Shown here piece by piece: positions 1 through 11,791 of a stretch of 32,000 bases of DNA (its first letter is position 1; every line of letters begins with the position of its first letter). Below the pieces are notes generated by a model. The model was not told the DNA's origin. It saw only the letters and a program-made list of their open reading frames with translations, and searched no databases. Both the position numbers and the translations under genes were made by a program. The stretch lies in the sequence record CM037205.1. The stretch is one strand, 5' to 3'.

Positions 1-84
1 TTCATGGCCCGCGACCACATGCTGGCCGACGTGGTGACCATCATCGGCACCCAGGACATCGTGTTCGGAGAAGTGGACCGCTAA
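1..84 (+). CDS. nad7: NADH dehydrogenase subunit 7 (NuoD homolog), 3' end only; the 5' part lies upstream of the window
   Basis: Frame 1 reads FMARDHMLADVVTIIGTQDIVFGEVDR, followed by TAA at 82-84. This matches the conserved NuoD/Nad7 C-terminus (..IGT.DIVFGEVDR). Confidence 0.85.
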   Translation, partial: FMARDHMLADVVTIIGTQDIVFGEVDR

Positions 85-148
85 AAGTACCCCCCGAGGG
101 CCAGTGGGGACACGTTTCTCCTCCTTGGGGGGGCGGTTCCCCCCACGC

Positions 149-220
149 GGGCGATTGGCTCAATGGTAGAGCATCTCGTTTACACCGAGAGGGGTAGCGG
201 TTCGAGTCCGTTATCGCCCA
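149..220 (+). tRNA. trnV: tRNA-Val (anticodon UAC)
   Basis: Hand-folded 72-nt cloverleaf. Acceptor GGGCGAT/ATCGCCC, D stem GCTC/GAGC, anticodon stem TCTCG/CGAGA with loop TTTACAC, T arm AGCGG-TTCGAGT-CCGTT, discriminator A. Confidence 0.85.
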
Positions 221-258
221 AGACACGGCGGGGTTCCCCCTGGGAGGCGGGGACCTGC

Positions 259-332
259 GGGGAAATAGCTCAGTGGGTTAGAGTGCTGGCCTGTCACGCC
301 AGAGGCCGCGGGTTCGAGCCCCGTTTTTCCCG
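259..332 (+). tRNA. trnD: tRNA-Asp (anticodon GUC)
   Basis: 74-nt cloverleaf. Acceptor GGGGAAA/TTTTCCC (one G-U pair), anticodon stem CTGGC/GCCAG with loop CTGTCAC, T arm GCGGG-TTCGAGC-CCCGT. Confidence 0.85.
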
Positions 333-380
333 CCCCGCTTCGGCCCTGCGGGCCACACGCGCGACAAAGGACGGTGCATC

Positions 381-734
381 GTGGTGGAATTTCTCCCCCT
401 TCTGTGGTACTTGGCCCTGAGTGGGGGCCTCGCCCTGTTGCTCCTCGGGCTGTCCTTCCTTCTGGCCACCCAACGGGGGGACGTGGAGAAGACGTCGCCC
501 TACGAGTGCGGGTTCGACCCCTTCGAGGACGCGCGCGGGCGCTTTGACATCCGCTTCTACCTGGTGGCGATCCTCTTCCTGGTTTTCGACCTGGAAGTGA
601 CCTTCCTCTTTCCCTGGGCCCTTTCCCTGGCGCAGGTCGGGCGCTTCGGCTTCGGCGTCATGGCGCTCTTCCTGGGCGTGCTCACCCTGGGCTTTCTCTA
701 CGAGTGGCGCAAGGGCGCCCTGGAGTGGGAGTGA
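381..734 (+). CDS. nad3: NADH dehydrogenase subunit 3 (NuoA homolog), inferred GTG start
   Basis: The 117-aa ORF contains the Nad3 signature TSPYECGFDPF..ARGRFDIRFYLVAILFLVFDLEV.FLFPW. It begins GTG GTG GAA (no ATG is available) and ends with TGA. The purine patch AAAGGA lies at 366-371. Confidence 0.9.
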   Translation: MVEFLPLLWYLALSGGLALLLLGLSFLLATQRGDVEKTSPYECGFDPFEDARGRFDIRFYLVAILFLVFDLEVTFLFPWALSLAQVGRFGFGVMALFLGVLTLGFLYEWRKGALEWE

Positions 735-841
735 GCGCCGGCGCGTCGCGAGCCCGCCCCACCCCCCCTCGGGGGTGTTCATTGTGGAAGGATTTATACT
801 TTGGCCGGGGGCACGAGGCCCCCAGCGGGTTTCGGTGGCGC

Positions 842-2371
842 TTAGCGCGCCGCCAGGAAGGATTCCGTGTACTGCGCCACGAATCGGGTGAGGCGCGTCT
901 CCAGATCGGGGGTCAGCACCTTCTCGCGCTGGAGATCGTCCAGCAGAGCCGAGTCGATCTGGGCCAGCAGACCCTGTTCGTAGGCGCCGATGCGATTCAA
1001 GGCCACGCGATCGAGATACCCGCGCGTGGCGCTGAAGAGCACGGCCACCATGGGGGCAACCTCCATGGGGCGATACTGGCCCTGCTTCAACACTTCCGTG
1101 AGGCGCGCCCCGCGGTTGAGCAGATGCTGGGTCGCGGCGTCCAGGTCAGAACCGAACTGCGCGAAGGCCGCCACTTCGCGGTACTGGGCCAGTTCCAGCT
1201 TCAAGGAGCCCGACACCTGCTTCATGGCCTTGGGTTGGGCCGCAGAGCCGACGCGGCTCACGGACAGACCCACGTTGATGGCCGGGCGGATGCCCTTGTA
1301 GAAGAGCTCGGTCTCCAGAAAGATCTGGCCGTCGGTGATGGAAATCACGTTGGTCGGGATGTACGCGGACACGTCTCCCGCCTGCGTCTCAATCACGGGC
1401 AGAGCCGTGAGCGAACCTGCGCCGACTGCGTCGGACATCTTCGCGGCGCGCTCCAGGAGGCGCGAGTGCAGGTAGAACACGTCCCCGGGAAACGCTTCAC
1501 GACCGGGTGGACGACGGAGCAGCAGGGACATCTGACGATAGGCCACCGATTGCTTGCTCAAGTCGTCGTAGACGATCAAAGCGTGCATGCCGTTGTCGCG
1601 GAAGTACTCGCCCACGGCGCAACCCGCGTAGGGCGCGAGGAACTGCAGAGGGGCGGGGTCCGAAGCCGTCGCGGCCACCACCACGGTGTAGTCCATTGCG
1701 CCCGCATCGGTCAGTTGTTTCACCAACTGCGCGACGGTGGAGCGCTTCTGACCGATGGCCACGTACACGCAGTACAGTTTTTCCCGTTCCGCCCCACTGG
1801 TGTGAAAGGCTTTTTGGTTCAGAATGGTGTCGATGGCGATGGCCGTCTTGCCGGTCTGGCGGTCCCCGATGATGAGCTCGCGCTGGCCGCGACCGACGGG
1901 CACCAGGCTGTCCACGGCCTTGAGACCGGTCTGCATGGGTTCGTGCACGGATTTGCGCAGGATGATGCCGGGGGCCTTCACCTCCACGCGGCTGCGCGAC
2001 ACGTCTTGCAGCGGACCCTGGCCATCCAAGGGATTGCCCAGGGCGTCGATCACTCGGCCCAGGGTACCGCGTCCCACAGGCACATCCACAATAGCGCCCG
2101 TGCGCTTCACCAGGTCTCCCTCGCAGATGCTGCGGTCACTGCCGAAGAGCACGATGCCCACGTTGTCGTTTTCCAGGTTCAAGGCCATGCCCTGGACCCC
2201 ACTGGCGAACTCCACCATCTCCCCCGCACGGATGCGGTGTAGACCGTGGGCGCGGACGATGCCGTCCCCGACGGACAGCACGCGTCCTACTTCCTCCACG
2301 TCTGCGGGGCCCCCGAGGGCCGCCAAACGCTGTTCCAACAGAGTGGACAGTTCTCCCGAAGCTAGGCTCAT
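842..2371 (-). CDS. atp1: ATP synthase F1 alpha subunit
   Basis: The 509-aa ORF has an ATG start and a TAA stop. It contains the Walker A motif GDRQTGKT and conserved F1-alpha blocks ([31 protein letters not shown]). Confidence 0.95.
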   Translation of the reverse strand: MSLASGELSTLLEQRLAALGGPADVEEVGRVLSVGDGIVRAHGLHRIRAGEMVEFASGVQGMALNLENDNVGIVLFGSDRSICEGDLVKRTGAIVDVPVGRGTLGRVIDALGNPLDGQGPLQDVSRSRVEVKAPGIILRKSVHEPMQTGLKAVDSLVPVGRGQRELIIGDRQTGKTAIAIDTILNQKAFHTSGAEREKLYCVYVAIGQKRSTVAQLVKQLTDAGAMDYTVVVAATASDPAPLQFLAPYAGCAVGEYFRDNGMHALIVYDDLSKQSVAYRQMSLLLRRPPGREAFPGDVFYLHSRLLERAAKMSDAVGAGSLTALPVIETQAGDVSAYIPTNVISITDGQIFLETELFYKGIRPAINVGLSVSRVGSAAQPKAMKQVSGSLKLELAQYREVAAFAQFGSDLDAATQHLLNRGARLTEVLKQGQYRPMEVAPMVAVLFSATRGYLDRVALNRIGAYEQGLLAQIDSALLDDLQREKVLTPDLETRLTRFVAQYTESFLAAR

Positions 2372-2459
2372 GGGATTCCTCGTTTTTTTCTCGAAGGCGC
2401 GCGCGCCCTTGGGTCAACCCCGGGTCCAAACCCCGGGGCGTTGGAGCTGCACCGCCAGC

Positions 2460-3065
2460 CTAAGGGGTCGGATCCGCGTCCGAGGCCTGAGGTCCACGCG
2501 GCGCGGGGAGGGCCCGCCCCTCCCAGGGCGTGCGAAAGGCGAAAGAACGGAACTCTTGGGAGAGCTCCACGGGTTCGTAGATCACGCGCTTCTGAGTCTC
2601 GTCGTAGCGCACCTCCACGTACCCGCTCAAGGGAAAGTCCTTGCGCAGGGGGTGGCCCTGGAACCCGTAATCCGTGAGCAGGCGACGCAGGTCCGGGTGT
2701 CCCGTAAAGGGCACACCGAAGAGGTCCCACACCTCGCGCTCCGCCCAGCCCGCGGCAGGGAAGAGGGCGGTGCAGGAGGGAACGGGCTGCACCTCATCCA
2801 CGCAGGTTTTGACGCACAAGCGCGCGTTGTGGCGCACGCTCAGCAGATGGTACACCACCTCGAAGCGCTGGGGACGAGCGGGGTAGTCCACCGCCGTCAC
2901 GTCGATCAACTGTTGAAACCGCCCACGCCCGTGGTCCCGCAACCAGCGCAGCAGGGGGGGGATCGCCCAAGGGGGGGCGTAGAGCACCGCCCCCTCGGGC
3001 GTGCGGACGCAGCGCTGAAGCCAAGCTGGCACCGCCGCCTGCAAGCCGCTCAGAAAGCCCTCCAT
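2460..3065 (-). CDS. nad9: NADH dehydrogenase subunit 9 (NuoC homolog)
   Basis: The 201-aa ORF has an ATG start and a TAG stop. Conserved NuoC blocks are present ([47 protein letters not shown]). Confidence 0.92.
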   Translation of the reverse strand: MEGFLSGLQAAVPAWLQRCVRTPEGAVLYAPPWAIPPLLRWLRDHGRGRFQQLIDVTAVDYPARPQRFEVVYHLLSVRHNARLCVKTCVDEVQPVPSCTALFPAAGWAEREVWDLFGVPFTGHPDLRRLLTDYGFQGHPLRKDFPLSGYVEVRYDETQKRVIYEPVELSQEFRSFAFRTPWEGRALPAPRGPQASDADPTP

Positions 3066-3130
3066 GTGCCCTTCCTTCGTTCAGCGCGAGGACGCCCTGC
3101 CCAGCGGCAAGATCGCCCTCCCGCGGTGCC

Positions 3131-3601
3131 TCAGCGGCGATACCACAGGGTGAGGGGACGGCTGCGGGCCATGCGCTTCTGCAGCTGCAGCAGTCCGTAC
3201 AACAGCGCCTCCGCCGTTGGCGGACAGCCCGGCACGTAGATGTCCACGGGCACGATGCGATCGCACCCGCGCACCACGGCGTAGGAGTAGTGGTAGTACC
3301 CCCCTCCGTTGGCGCAACTGCCCATGGACACCACCCAGCGCGGTTCGGGCATCTGGTCGTACACCTTGCGCAGGGCCGGCGCCATCTTGTTGGTCAGGGT
3401 GCCCGCAACGATCATCACATCGGATTGCCGCGGGCTGGGGCGAAAGATAATGCCAAATCGATCCAGATCGTAGCGCGCTGCGCCCGCGTGCATCATTTCT
3501 ACCGCGCAGCAGGCCAGACCGAAGGTCATGGGCCAAAGGGAACCCTTGCGCGCCCAGTGCACCAAGCGGTCCAACTGGGAGACCGCGTACTCCGCCTTCA
3601 T
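3131..3601 (-). CDS. nad10: NADH dehydrogenase subunit 10 (NuoB/PSST homolog)
   Basis: The 156-aa reading from ATG at 3599-3601 to TGA at 3131 contains NuoB motifs ([19 protein letters not shown]...[45 protein letters not shown]). The longer 337-aa ORF in the track only adds a low-complexity N-terminal extension. The purine patch GAGAGAAAAG (minus strand) lies at 3611-3620. Confidence 0.9.
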   Translation of the reverse strand: MKAEYAVSQLDRLVHWARKGSLWPMTFGLACCAVEMMHAGAARYDLDRFGIIFRPSPRQSDVMIVAGTLTNKMAPALRKVYDQMPEPRWVVSMGSCANGGGYYHYSYAVVRGCDRIVPVDIYVPGCPPTAEALLYGLLQLQKRMARSRPLTLWYRR

Positions 3602-3790
3602 CGATGCGCACTTTTCTCTCGAAGCGCGGCGCGACCGCACCCGCCCCCCAGAAAGGCACCCTGGAATAGGGAGGCATCCGCAACCGCGTCGACGCGCGCC
3701 ATTCCGGTTGCCCGTTCGGCGCGGTCGCCCGGTCGATCCGCTCCCTCCCCCTCCGGAGGCTCTCCGGGACCGCGAACAAAGGCCGCAGCC

Positions 3791-4354
3791 GTGCCCTCTT
3801 TGGCGAAACAAATCCTCCTGGCGCGCACCCAGCGCACCCTGGCGCGCTACCCCCACTTCTTGGTGCTCCAGGGGCAGGTTGCGCGGACGGCGACCTGGCG
3901 TCAACTGCGCGACGATGCCCAGGGCACGGCGGCTTGGTTGGGCGTGCACGCCGCCGCGCGGCGCGCCTTGCCCCCCGCGCTCCGCCCCCTGTGCCGCGGC
4001 CCCACGCTCTTCTGGGGCGCGCGCACCCCCGAAGCGCTGCGGGCCCTCTTGCCCCGCGCAGCGACCGTGCCGGGGTGGGTTCTGTTGGGCGCGCAGCTGG
4101 AGGGGCGCTGCCTGTCCCCCCGCGCTCTGGCGCGCGCGGTTCAAGCGCCGCCGCCTCCTTGGCGCAGGTTGCTGCGCCCCTCCCCCCTAGGACGAGCGGG
4201 GGAGGTGGGCACGTCCATGCGTCGAGGGATTCGCGCTCCGGGCGCGCGCTTGGTGGACCGGTTGCAAGGGTACGGCAGAGGCGCGCCTCGCGGGCGAGCA
4301 ACGGGATTTGAACCCGTGTTTCCAGAGTCACAGTCTGGCACTTTGACCGACTAA
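3791..4354 (+). CDS. rpl10: Putative mitochondrial ribosomal protein L10-like ORF (highly divergent, Arg/Ala/Pro-rich), inferred GTG start; its 3' end overlaps trnH in antisense
   Basis: By eye the translation aligns with the bacterial L10 family. [56 protein letters not shown] corresponds to DKQAIVAEV...[42 protein letters not shown]...[13 protein letters not shown] corresponds to GPT.......P.AAA....FAK......[19 protein letters not shown] corresponds to AP..KLVR.L.A. The AAAGG patch at 3778-3782 lies 8 nt before the GTG. No similarity search was possible. Confidence 0.5.
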   Translation: MPSLAKQILLARTQRTLARYPHFLVLQGQVARTATWRQLRDDAQGTAAWLGVHAAARRALPPALRPLCRGPTLFWGARTPEALRALLPRAATVPGWVLLGAQLEGRCLSPRALARAVQAPPPPWRRLLRPSPLGRAGEVGTSMRRGIRAPGARLVDRLQGYGRGAPRGRATGFEPVFPESQSGTLTD

Positions 4355-4366
4355 GTTATGCCCGCC
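4293..4366 (-). tRNA. trnH: tRNA-His (anticodon GUG) with encoded G-1
   Basis: Read on the minus strand: G-1, acceptor GCGGGCA/TGCTCGC, anticodon stem CCAGA/TCTGG with loop CTGTGAC, T arm ACGGG-TTCAAAT-CCCGT, discriminator C pairing with G-1. Confidence 0.85.
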
Positions 4367-4377
4367 TCGGGCAGTGG

Positions 4378-4448
4378 GGTCGGGTAGCATAGGGGCAATG
4401 CGCGGGATTGCAACTCCCGCGAGGGCGGTTCGACTCCGCCCCCGACCT
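4378..4448 (+). tRNA. trnC: tRNA-Cys (anticodon GCA)
   Basis: 71-nt cloverleaf. Acceptor GGTCGGG/CCCGACC, D stem GCAT/ATGC, anticodon stem CGGGA/TCCCG with loop TTGCAAC, T arm GGCGG-TTCGACT-CCGCC, discriminator T. Confidence 0.85.
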
Positions 4449-4467
4449 GGCCGCGGGCTTCCGAGGC

Positions 4468-4553
4468 TGGGAAAGGCAGGATTCGAACCTGCGAAGAACG
4501 GGACGTTCGTCAGATTTACAGTCTGGCGCCTTTGACCCCTCAGCCACTTTCCC
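4468..4553 (-). tRNA. trnY: tRNA-Tyr (anticodon GUA) with long variable arm (bacterial/organellar type)
   Basis: 86 nt on the minus strand. Acceptor GGGAAAG/CTTTCCC, anticodon loop CTGTAAA, variable arm stem GAACG/CGTTC, T arm GCAGG-TTCGAAT-CCTGC. Confidence 0.85.
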
Positions 4554-4654
4554 TCTTTCAGGGGGTCCTGGATGGGGGGTTTCCCGGTGCTTTTGGGTCG
4601 CCTCGCGGCGCCCCTTCCCTCCACAACACACGGCGGGGACCCATAGAATCAAGA

Positions 4655-6124
<1,470 letters not shown>

Positions 6125-6392
6125 ACGGCCTCGTGCCGATGAATGGAGAAGGATAATTCTGCGGGGCGCCCCGGGGAAGCCGCTGCCCCGGCTGCACGCC
6201 CCGAAGCAGCCACTTGGCGCGCCGCACTCCCCCGGCTTGGCGCGCGGAAAGGCGCGGGGGTTGCCCCGGCTTTGCTCGCCCTAAATAGCGAGCGCGGGTC
6301 CCGGGTGCCCACCCGAACCCCTCCGATCTCGATGGGTGCCCCCCCGGGTCGCCGTAGGTACTGCCGGTGGTGGGAGACGCGGCGCGCTCGCC

Positions 6393-6466
6393 GACGGAAT
6401 AGTTCAGCCGGGTAGAACCGCGGAATCATACTCCGCAGGTCGTGGGTTCGAGTCCCGCTTCCGTCC
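6393..6466 (+). tRNA. tRNA with anticodon CAU (elongator Met or lysidine-type Ile; identity not resolvable by eye) in the rns-rnl spacer
   Basis: 74-nt cloverleaf. Acceptor GACGGAA/TTCCGTC, D stem GTTC/GAAC, anticodon stem GCGGA/TCCGC with loop ATCATAC, T arm GTGGG-TTCGAGT-CCCGC. The G1-C72 pair argues against a bacterial-type initiator. Confidence 0.8.
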
Positions 6467-6519
6467 GCCTTGGGAGAATGCCTAGGCCTCCCCCACACGA
6501 GGACGCGCACCGCCGCGAA

Positions 6520-9265
<2,746 letters not shown>

Positions 9266-10291
9266 CCAAAGAGCTCGACAAGGGCCTTCGCCTTACAGGC
9301 TCGACAAGGGCCTGCGCCTTGCAGGCTTGCGTGGGCCTTCGCTCAGAGAGCTCGACAAGAGCCTGCGCCTTGCAGGCTTGAGTGGGCCTTCGCCTTACAG
9401 GCTCGACGAGGGCCTTCGCCTTACAGGCTCGACGAGGGCCTTCGCCCAGAAGAGAAGCCTCGGGCGAATCGAAGTCGCCCCCATAGGGCGAATCGAAGTC
9501 GCCCCCATCCTGCCTTCCCCCCTTCCCCCTGGGTCGGGGAAAGCAGCTTCACTCCCTTCCCCCTGCAGCAAGGGAAGCTGCCCCACCCCAACCACCACCG
9601 CGTAAGGTATCCTTCCTCAAGTTGAACGGGAGGGGGCGTGCAGGGCGCGGGGGAAGGAGCAAGGAGGGAAGGGGGAGAGAGTGCAAGGGCCCCCCTCCCG
9701 GGCGTCCCTCGCACTCTCTCTTCCTTCCTCCGCATTCCCTGCCCCCCACTAAAGGAAACTTTTTTGTCGAGGGGCTTTCCCTCGGGAGACTCCTTGGCGA
9801 GAGGGCTGCACCGGAAGGCTTGACTTCGCCTTCGCTCAAAGAGCTCGACAGGAGCCTTCGCTCAAAGAGCTCGACAGGAGCCTTCGCTCAAAGAGCTCGA
9901 CACTAGCCTGCGCCTTGCAGGCTTGAGTGGGCCTTCGCCCTGTGGGCTCGAATTGCCGTAGCCCACGCACAGGGCCCGTAGACGGGCCTTTGAGGGGGAA
10001 GGGATACGCGCCTACCGGAAGATCGGTTTCCCTGCCTTCTCGGCGCTTTCTTGGCCCTCTCCGGCGTTTTTTCGTTTCCTTAGGGCGAATCGAAGTCGCC
10101 CCCATCCTGGGGGCGAGGCTAAAGCTCGTCCTTCCTGGGGGCGAGGCTGGGGCTTGGGGGCGCCTCGCGGGGGACTTCGGCTTCGGCTTCGGCTTCGCCT
10201 CGAGCACGCCTTCGGCTTCGGCTTCGGCTTCGCCTCGAGCACGCCTTCGGGGGAGCCGAGGTCTTCCGACCCAAAAAAGAGCGGTCTCGCC
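9266..10291. repeat. Roughly 1-kb non-coding rnl-cob spacer built from several short direct and hairpin repeat families
   Basis: GGGCGAATCGAAGTCGCCCCCA occurs at 9462, 9486 and 10083. GCCTGCGCCTTGCAGGCTTGAGTGGGCCTTCGCC occurs at 9361 and 9906, with a variant at 9310. The GAGCTCGACA(A/G)G(G/A)GCC module occurs at 9271, 9348, 9841, 9867 and 9893. There is a 26-bp array of 2.9 copies at 9829-9903 and a 35-bp array of 2.2 copies at 10175-10250. Only low-complexity ORFs are present. Confidence 0.85.
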
Positions 10292-11449
10292 GTGAAACGC
10301 GCCTCGCTGACGCAACAACCGCTGCTGTCCCTGGTGGGGGACCACCTCATTCAGTACCCCACGCCCGCCAACCTTTCCTACTGGTGGGGCTTCGGCTCCC
10401 TGGCGGGGTTGTGCTTGGTGCTGCAGATGGCCACGGGCATCTTCCTGGCCATGCACTACACCCCGCACGTGGACCTGGCCTTTCAGAGCGTGGAGCACCT
10501 CATGCGCGACGTGGAAGGCGGCTGGTTGCTGCGCTACCTCCACGCCAACGGCGCGAGCTTCTTCTTTATCGTGGTGTACCTGCACCTGTTCCGCGGCCTG
10601 TACTACGGCTCCTACGCCTCCCCCCGCGAAGCGCTGTGGCTGTTGGGGGTGGTGCTGCTGCTGCTCATGATCGTCACCGCCTTCATCGGCTACGTGCTGC
10701 CCTGGGGACAAATGAGCTTCTGGGGCGCCACGGTGATCACCAGCTTGGCCAGTGCCGTGCCCTGGGCGGGCGAGAGCTTGGTGCAGTGGCTGTGGGGCGG
10801 GTTCGCCGTGGAAAACGCGACCCTGAACCGCTTCTTCAGTCTGCACTATCTGCTGCCCTTCCTGTTGGCCGCGGCCAGTGGCCTGCATTTGGCCGCCCTG
10901 CACCAACACGGCTCCAACAATCCCTTGGGCGTGCACGCCCAGGTGGACAAGGTGGATTTCTACCCCTACTTCTACGCCAAGGATCTGGTGGGGTGGGTGA
11001 GTTTCGCCCTGCTCCTGTCCGCGGTGCTCTTCTTCGCCCCCAACGCTTTGGGACACCCCGACAACTACATCCCGGCCAATCCCATGTCCACCCCGGCCCA
11101 CATCGTGCCGGAGTGGTACTTCCTGCCCGTGTACGCCATCCTGCGCAGCATCCCCAACAAATTGGCGGGGGTTGCGGCCATCGCCGCCGTCTTCGCCTGT
11201 TTGGCGGCCTTGCCCTGGTTGGGTCGCACGCCGCTGCGAAGCGCGGCCTTTCGTCCACTCTATCGAGCTTGCTTCTGGACCTTGGTGGCCGATGCTTGGC
11301 TCTTGGGGTGGATCGGGATGCAACCCGTGGAGGATCCTTATTTGGGCATTGGGCAGTGGGCTTCGGTGTACTTTTTCTTCTACTTTCTGGTGTTGATTCC
11401 GGGGTTGGCGCGATTGGAGCCTTGGCTGTTGACCCGCAGGGGAAACTAG
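10292..11449 (+). CDS. cob: Apocytochrome b (copy A, inside the IR), inferred GTG start
   Basis: The ORF is in frame from GTG at 10292 ([40 protein letters not shown]...) to TAG at 11447-11449, giving 385 aa. The track ORF start at 10154 is a TTG inside the tandem repeat and adds a non-homologous RLRLRL/GFGFGF extension. The purine patch AAAAAAGAG lies at 10273-10281. Confidence 0.93.
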   Translation: MKRASLTQQPLLSLVGDHLIQYPTPANLSYWWGFGSLAGLCLVLQMATGIFLAMHYTPHVDLAFQSVEHLMRDVEGGWLLRYLHANGASFFFIVVYLHLFRGLYYGSYASPREALWLLGVVLLLLMIVTAFIGYVLPWGQMSFWGATVITSLASAVPWAGESLVQWLWGGFAVENATLNRFFSLHYLLPFLLAAASGLHLAALHQHGSNNPLGVHAQVDKVDFYPYFYAKDLVGWVSFALLLSAVLFFAPNALGHPDNYIPANPMSTPAHIVPEWYFLPVYAILRSIPNKLAGVAAIAAVFACLAALPWLGRTPLRSAAFRPLYRACFWTLVADAWLLGWIGMQPVEDPYLGIGQWASVYFFFYFLVLIPGLARLEPWLLTRRGN

Positions 11450-11719
11450 CCTTGGCTGTTGACCCGCAGGGGAAATTCGCTTTGACGGTTGCCCTGTAAG
11501 GGTTTGGCGGCTGTCCTGCAAGGGTTTGGCCTTTGCCTCGGAGGGTCCATTCGGCTTGGCGGTGGCGCTGTGGGGTGGGGCTAGGGCTTGGGGTATTTTC
11601 GTCGAGTGCAAGTCTGTGGTGGCAAAGGTGGTCCCGTATCTGGGTGCCGCATTTCGTCTGGGCAACAGGGCTCAACGCAGCAATCTTCCTCGCGGGGGGC
11701 ATCCCCCCCCGCTGTACCG

Positions 11720-11791
11720 TGGAGTATCGCCAAGGGGTAAGGCATCGGTTTTTGGTACCGACACGCAAAGGTTCGAATCCTTTTACTCCAG
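11720..11791 (+). tRNA. trnQ: tRNA-Gln (anticodon UUG)
   Basis: TGGAGTATCGCCAAGGGGTAAGGCATCGGTTTTTGGTACCGACACGCAAAGGTTCGAATCCTTTTACTCCAG closely parallels the bacterial tRNA-Gln layout. It has a 3-bp D stem, anticodon stem TCGGT/ACCGA and loop TTTTGGT. Confidence 0.88.

Noticed and set aside
704-3239. The 512-aa (704-2242) and 471-aa (1824-3239) plus-strand ORFs.
   Set aside because: They are antisense to atp1, nad9 and nad10, all of which have unambiguous family signatures on the minus strand. These ORFs have no motifs of their own.
3640-3790. A possible 5S rRNA (rrn5) in the nad10/rpl10 spacer or in the rnl-cob spacer (9266-10291).
   Set aside because: A CCGAAC motif and some terminal complementarity (GGCAC...GTGCC) exist. 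However, the position of CCGAAC, the lack of the GAAGT.AA and loop-E (AGTA/GGGA) signatures, and the helix arrangement do not fit 5S. A covariance-model search (Rfam 5S_rRNA) would settle it.
3131-4144. The 337-aa extended nad10 ORF and the 416-aa ORF at 3081-4331 on the minus strand.
   Set aside because: NuoB homology starts at the internal ATG (3599-3601), which has its own upstream purine patch. The upstream 180 or more codons are Arg/Gly/Ala low-complexity and overlap the better-supported rpl10-like frame on the other strand.
10154-10291. N-terminal extensions suggested by the track for cob (TTG 10154), nad5 (12519), nad4 (14697), atp6 (20427), cox3 (TTG 18768) and cox2 (19797).
   Set aside because: The extensions fall in tandem repeats, tRNA genes or spacers and lack homology. 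Family-typical N-termini with ATG or GTG and an upstream purine patch occur further in.
9836-11665. A 609-aa ORF (with its partner at 23985-25814) spanning the IR junctions.
   Set aside because: It is antisense to cob and to the repeat spacer. The two copies differ only where they leave the IR, so the N-termini are junction artefacts. The sequence is low-complexity.
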